Below are positions 36,608 to 39,923 of a DNA stretch of 39,923 nt, one piece after another. How positions within the stretch are numbered: the first letter of the stretch is position 1; each line of letters starts with the position of its first letter. Source of the DNA: a virus (lineage: Duplodnaviria > Caudoviricetes); IMG/VR virus record IMGVR_UViG_3300032329_000867, positions 1-39,923 of that record; one strand, 5' to 3'. The position numbers and the translations under genes were made by a program. Under the pieces are notes generated by a model. The model did not search any database. It worked only from the letters and a program-made list of their open reading frames with translations, and was not told the DNA's origin.

Positions 36608-37246
36608 TTAAGTATACGTAAATTCGCCATAAAGGGTAGCTGTGCCAAATGGTGCTATTACCTCAACGTTCACTATGCCCGTGATAGCATATGCTGGTGT
36701 CGTTGCAGATATTTGAATTGGGCTAATGATTGTAAATGGTGCAGATGTGCCACCAAATTTAACGTCTGTTACAACGTCTAAGTGTGTGCCAGTAATCAAT
36801 ACCGGCGTACCACCTGTTTTACTTCCTGTTTTAGGTGTAATACCACTAAGTGTGGGATACAACCCTGCTATATTTTTACCAGGACCGCTACCTAAACTAA
36901 TGTCCCCAGGAGCGCCAGCGAATGTGGCTCTGTATGGAGACTGGGTAATGAAGAAACTGTCGTATTGCGAAGTTTCATTAGGTGCACCGTTGGTTACTAA
37001 TTGATTTCCACCAATTGGACCAATAGCGACTGATACATCAGGTCTTGGAAAACGTAACGCAATGTTTTCTGTTTGAATTGCTGGCAAACGCCATGGATCA
37101 AAATTATCTTTGTCTTCCTTGCAAACTCTCATGCCGGGAAAATTTGGATCCGGCATGAGGTCGACATAAGGAAACTTTCTGTTGCATCTATCACAGATTG
37201 CTACAGAAAGTACACTGTTACCCCGGGTATCGAGGTAAACAGGCAT
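36608..37246 (-). CDS. Virion protein with a Cys-containing N-terminal domain and a C-terminal IPT/TIG (Ig-like) domain
   Basis: AICDRC...RVC...LRFPRPD, then PTLSGITPKTGSKTGGTPVLITGTHL...VKFGG...FTYT. Confidence 0.75.
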   Translation of the reverse strand: MPVYLDTRGNSVLSVAICDRCNRKFPYVDLMPDPNFPGMRVCKEDKDNFDPWRLPAIQTENIALRFPRPDVSVAIGPIGGNQLVTNGAPNETSQYDSFFITQSPYRATFAGAPGDISLGSGPGKNIAGLYPTLSGITPKTGSKTGGTPVLITGTHLDVVTDVKFGGTSAPFTIISPIQISATTPAYAITGIVNVEVIAPFGTATLYGEFTYT

Positions 37247-37551
37247 TACTTAATACCAGATTGGATTACTGTTAAAGTATCACCAGCTGTGGCACCTTGC
37301 AATCGAATAGCACGATATGGCTGTGCTAAAAATGTTGCGGTATTTGGTGCAGCAGTTGGTGCGGTAATCCAAACAAAAGTAGCTGTTACAAAATCACTAT
37401 TTACAACTGGGTAAGGGTCAGTTGCAGTTACCTGCACTGTTCCTGAACCAGTTTTTGAATAGGTGACTTGAAACGGTGCAATGTATTGATCAAGTACAAC
37501 GGGAGTAGATACTGTCTCTCCCGCGGGTACTGTTACAGTTACTTGACGCAT
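37246..37551 (-). CDS. Small beta-rich virion structural protein
   Basis: Thr/Val-rich, with PYRAIRL and TVIQSG. Lies in the head region. Confidence 0.6.
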   Translation of the reverse strand: MRQVTVTVPAGETVSTPVVLDQYIAPFQVTYSKTGSGTVQVTATDPYPVVNSDFVTATFVWITAPTAAPNTATFLAQPYRAIRLQGATAGDTLTVIQSGIK

Positions 37552-37564
37552 TATTGGCCTCTAA

Positions 37565-38026
37565 TTAGTTATTTGTGTAGCCAGAACCGTAAGGGGCGAT
37601 TGTGCCATCAGCATTGCGACCAGTATACTCTACAGACAATGTGCCAGCAGAAGCAGCTTCAGAAGCCAATGTTACTGTGCAGTCATAAGGACCAACGTTA
37701 GCAAGCAAATTAGCTACAGCAGCAGAAGCTGTAAAAGCAATATTAGCAACACCTAAAGCAGTAGTTGTGATTGTACCTACAGTAGTAGTTGTGCCATTTA
37801 CTGTTAAGCTAACAGCGCGTGAAGCAGCACCAACAACGTTAATGTAAAGTTTAATATTAGAAATGATTGAGCCTGCAGGAATTACTACAGTTTTAGCAGC
37901 ACCACCAACAACGGCAGTTTGCTGAGAAATCATTGAGGCACCAGTTGTATCGGCAGAGATTGTGCCGTCATTGCTGGTAGTTTGACGCGTATTTAAACGC
38001 ATTGGTACGGTAAATGTACTAGACAT
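37565..38026 (-). CDS. Virion structural / decoration protein
   Basis: Ala/Thr/Val-rich beta protein (IPAGSII) immediately after the capsid gene. Confidence 0.6.
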   Translation of the reverse strand: MSSTFTVPMRLNTRQTTSNDGTISADTTGASMISQQTAVVGGAAKTVVIPAGSIISNIKLYINVVGAASRAVSLTVNGTTTTVGTITTTALGVANIAFTASAAVANLLANVGPYDCTVTLASEAASAGTLSVEYTGRNADGTIAPYGSGYTNN

Positions 38027-38051
38027 GTTTTATTTCCATTTCTTAGTGGGT

Positions 38052-38107
38052 ATCCCAAGCTGTCTCTAAGTCGTCTTACCGGGAAGTATCGGCAGTCAGA
38101 ATGGGAT
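38052..38107 (-). ncRNA. Candidate structured 5' leader RNA
   Basis: Nested pairings ATCCCA/TGGGAT, CTG/CAG and TGCCG/CGGTA around a purine-rich internal loop, between promoter copy 3 and the RBS. Confidence 0.4.
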
Positions 38108-38116
38108 TAATCTTCC

Positions 38117-38158
38117 TATAACTACTAATGCAAAAAATACAAAAAATCCGCCCCAAAA
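38117..38158 (-). promoter_or_regulatory. Putative phage-specific late promoter, copy 3
   Basis: TTTTGGGGCG-N17-GCATTAGT-AGT-TATA, directly after the capsid terminator. Confidence 0.75.
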
Positions 38159-38161
38159 TGT

Positions 38162-38187
38162 AAAAAAGCCACCCCGAAGGGTGGCTT
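38162..38187 (-). terminator. Intrinsic terminator after the major capsid gene
   Basis: AAGCCACCC-TTCG-GGGTGGCTT followed by TTTT; cUUCGg tetraloop. Confidence 0.92.
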
Positions 38188-38206
38188 CTGAACTACTTTG
38201 CGGTTT

Positions 38207-39124
38207 TTAAACGCCTTGAGTACCGTAAACGTTACGTGCGTCGTGCCAACCAGTAGCATAACGCTCGGTTGCTTTGTAACGCATAGAATCAGTTTCGAAA
38301 TCGCCTTCCATGGATTTCTCCATTGGACGACGCATAACGAGCATGAGACCGTTTTCAGCATCAGTCTGAACCCACCAAGCTTTGCTAGAGGACAAACGTG
38401 TAACCACGTGTGTGCCTTTAGGCAACATGCCTGTTGATTTGATTGGGTTCAAATCGTTGTCGGCTGTACCAGAACGGAGAACAGACTTGAGGATAACCTC
38501 TGCCTGGAACTCGAGCGCTGGAGGAACAATTAATTGTTCTGCCTTCAAACGGATACGTTTACCATTGTTGTCAATTGCGCCACGGATTTGAATCAAGATC
38601 TGTTCAACAGATGTTTGGCTCAAAGCAGCAGAAGTTGACAACTTATTGCTATAGGTTTGACCGTTAGCAATTGGATGGTTTTGGTTAATCAAAGTTACGC
38701 CGTCGCCGCCTACATAACCAGCTGTGAACGCAAAGTTCAAGAGGTTAGCGCAGAGGGTTTCTTTGGTTTCAATCATTGACTGAGCAAGATGCTTAGCAAA
38801 TGTTGAGCCGATACGGATGTGATCACCGTCTTCCATCAAAACTTTGGTCAAAGCGTAAGCCAAGCCATAGATTTGGTAGATGAAACGAGTGATGTACAGT
38901 GTACCGCCTTGATCGTAGCTAACTGGAGTGCCGTCAGGCATTGCAGGAGCTGCGTTCATACCGAACAGCATTACTTCTTCGTGGTAGTTACGTGGAATAC
39001 CTTGGATCTGTTCTACAAATCCTTTCCACTCATCGGCGCGTTGTTCATACACACCATCAAAGACTTCGTTGATAATCGGTTCGACTACCGCACGAAAGTC
39101 GGTACTGCGCATTGGGGTTGCCAT
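38207..39124 (-). CDS. Major capsid protein (HK97 fold, Mu gpT-like family)
   Basis: GGDGVTL, LIVPPALEF, GTADNDLNP and DFETDSMRYKATERY motifs, strong AAAGGA RBS and a downstream terminator. Confidence 0.88.
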   Translation of the reverse strand: MATPMRSTDFRAVVEPIINEVFDGVYEQRADEWKGFVEQIQGIPRNYHEEVMLFGMNAAPAMPDGTPVSYDQGGTLYITRFIYQIYGLAYALTKVLMEDGDHIRIGSTFAKHLAQSMIETKETLCANLLNFAFTAGYVGGDGVTLINQNHPIANGQTYSNKLSTSAALSQTSVEQILIQIRGAIDNNGKRIRLKAEQLIVPPALEFQAEVILKSVLRSGTADNDLNPIKSTGMLPKGTHVVTRLSSSKAWWVQTDAENGLMLVMRRPMEKSMEGDFETDSMRYKATERYATGWHDARNVYGTQGV

Positions 39125-39147
39125 GTGCTATTTCCTTTCGTTGTTAA

Positions 39148-39810
39148 TTAAACCGATACCTTGGGAGCAACAAAAGTGTTGTTCGCAATGGTTACCTGAA
39201 CAATCGTGTATGCATCACCCCAGGTGTTTAACTCACCTGCTGGCCATGCAACTTCACGTCCTAAACCTACTACGCGTACTTGTCCTTGTGCACCAGAAGC
39301 AACAGGAGCTGCTGCTAAAGCGGTGGTAGAGAAGCCAGCACCACCAACACCGATAGTGTAACCATCGGTAGTTGTAAAGCCAGTTGCTCCGGAGAAGTTG
39401 TACTGCGAACCAATCGCTGAAGCAGGTACAGAACCGTTAGCTTGAGCCTCGTATACGAGAACTGGGTCTTGGAAGATCCAGAAAACGATAGAAGACGCAG
39501 CGTCAAGGCTTGCCTTAGAGATTGACTTACCTAAAGTACGGTTGCCTTCGGCGGCTGTATATTCTACGCCATCAAATACACCATAAATAGGTTTTGTTGT
39601 ATCGGTTGATGCAATTGTTAATTGGCCTGCAGACGTGATCGATACGGGTTGATACTGGTAGAAAGTCTGACCAGAGCTCAAAGAGTAAGGAGCGCTATAA
39701 TCCGGTGTGCCTACGACAAAGCTGTTTGTTCCAACAAATGGAACAGAGCGGTCAAGACCACTTGGATGATAGATCGGCTTCATGCCAAAGGGTTTAAATG
39801 TTGTGGACAT
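39148..39810 (-). CDS. Capsid decoration / cement protein
   Basis: PFGMKP, GVFDGVEYT and DPVLVYEAQ motifs. Immediately upstream of the capsid gene. Confidence 0.65.
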   Translation of the reverse strand: MSTTFKPFGMKPIYHPSGLDRSVPFVGTNSFVVGTPDYSAPYSLSSGQTFYQYQPVSITSAGQLTIASTDTTKPIYGVFDGVEYTAAEGNRTLGKSISKASLDAASSIVFWIFQDPVLVYEAQANGSVPASAIGSQYNFSGATGFTTTDGYTIGVGGAGFSTTALAAAPVASGAQGQVRVVGLGREVAWPAGELNTWGDAYTIVQVTIANNTFVAPKVSV

Positions 39811-39842
39811 TTATTATATTTCCTTTGTTATTTTGAAGTATG

Positions 39843-39923
39843 TTATTCAAAACGAATATTACTATTCGCCTTTGCGGTTTCCTTTTCCATTTCCAAAACT
39901 CCACCTTCAAGAATTGAGCGTCC
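39843..39923 (-). CDS. 3' end of a head-region gene (truncated by the window edge)
   Basis: Open frame ...GRSILEGGVLEMEKETAKANSNIRFE followed by a stop. Confidence 0.5.
   Translation of the reverse strand, partial: GRSILEGGVLEMEKETAKANSNIRFE

Noticed and set aside
38125-38215. Programmed frameshift extension of the capsid protein at GTTTAAAAAC
   Set aside because: The heptamer is not in the canonical X XXY YYZ phase, and the extension would run through a strong terminator.
1-39923. tRNA, integrase, intron/intein, diversity-generating retroelement or alternative genetic code
   Set aside because: No cloverleaf, recombinase or reverse transcriptase motifs were seen. NrdJ and PolA are uninterrupted, and genes tile densely in the standard code.

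Overview
The window is most of a tailed dsDNA phage genome, probably podovirus-like. On the + strand (104-4809) is a replication module: a DUF2815-type SSB, a B12-dependent class II ribonucleotide reductase, a DUF1289 protein and a family A DNA polymerase. It meets head-on a ~35 kb minus-strand late region encoding capsid, head and adaptor/nozzle proteins, lysis genes and ejection proteins. The most striking part is 19.9-36.6 kb. A 3228-aa fibre built mostly of proline-free Gly-X-Ser triplets, with interspersed globular domains and a C-terminal S74 chaperone, is followed directly by a GT2-methyltransferase, a GT2 fused to half a GT9, the other GT9 half, two smaller Gly-X-Ser/collagen fibre proteins, a prolyl-hydroxylase-like 2OG-Fe(II) oxygenase and a cupin. 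I infer this is a phage-encoded system for building and post-translationally modifying a giant collagen-like fibre. Non-coding signals read from the sequence include a three-copy phage-specific promoter motif (GGGCG-N17-GCATTAGT-N3-TATA), a pseudoknot upstream of the SSB gene, a 22-bp palindrome upstream of the glycosyltransferases and a structured leader after the capsid gene. All product calls rest on motif recognition by eye; no searches were run.
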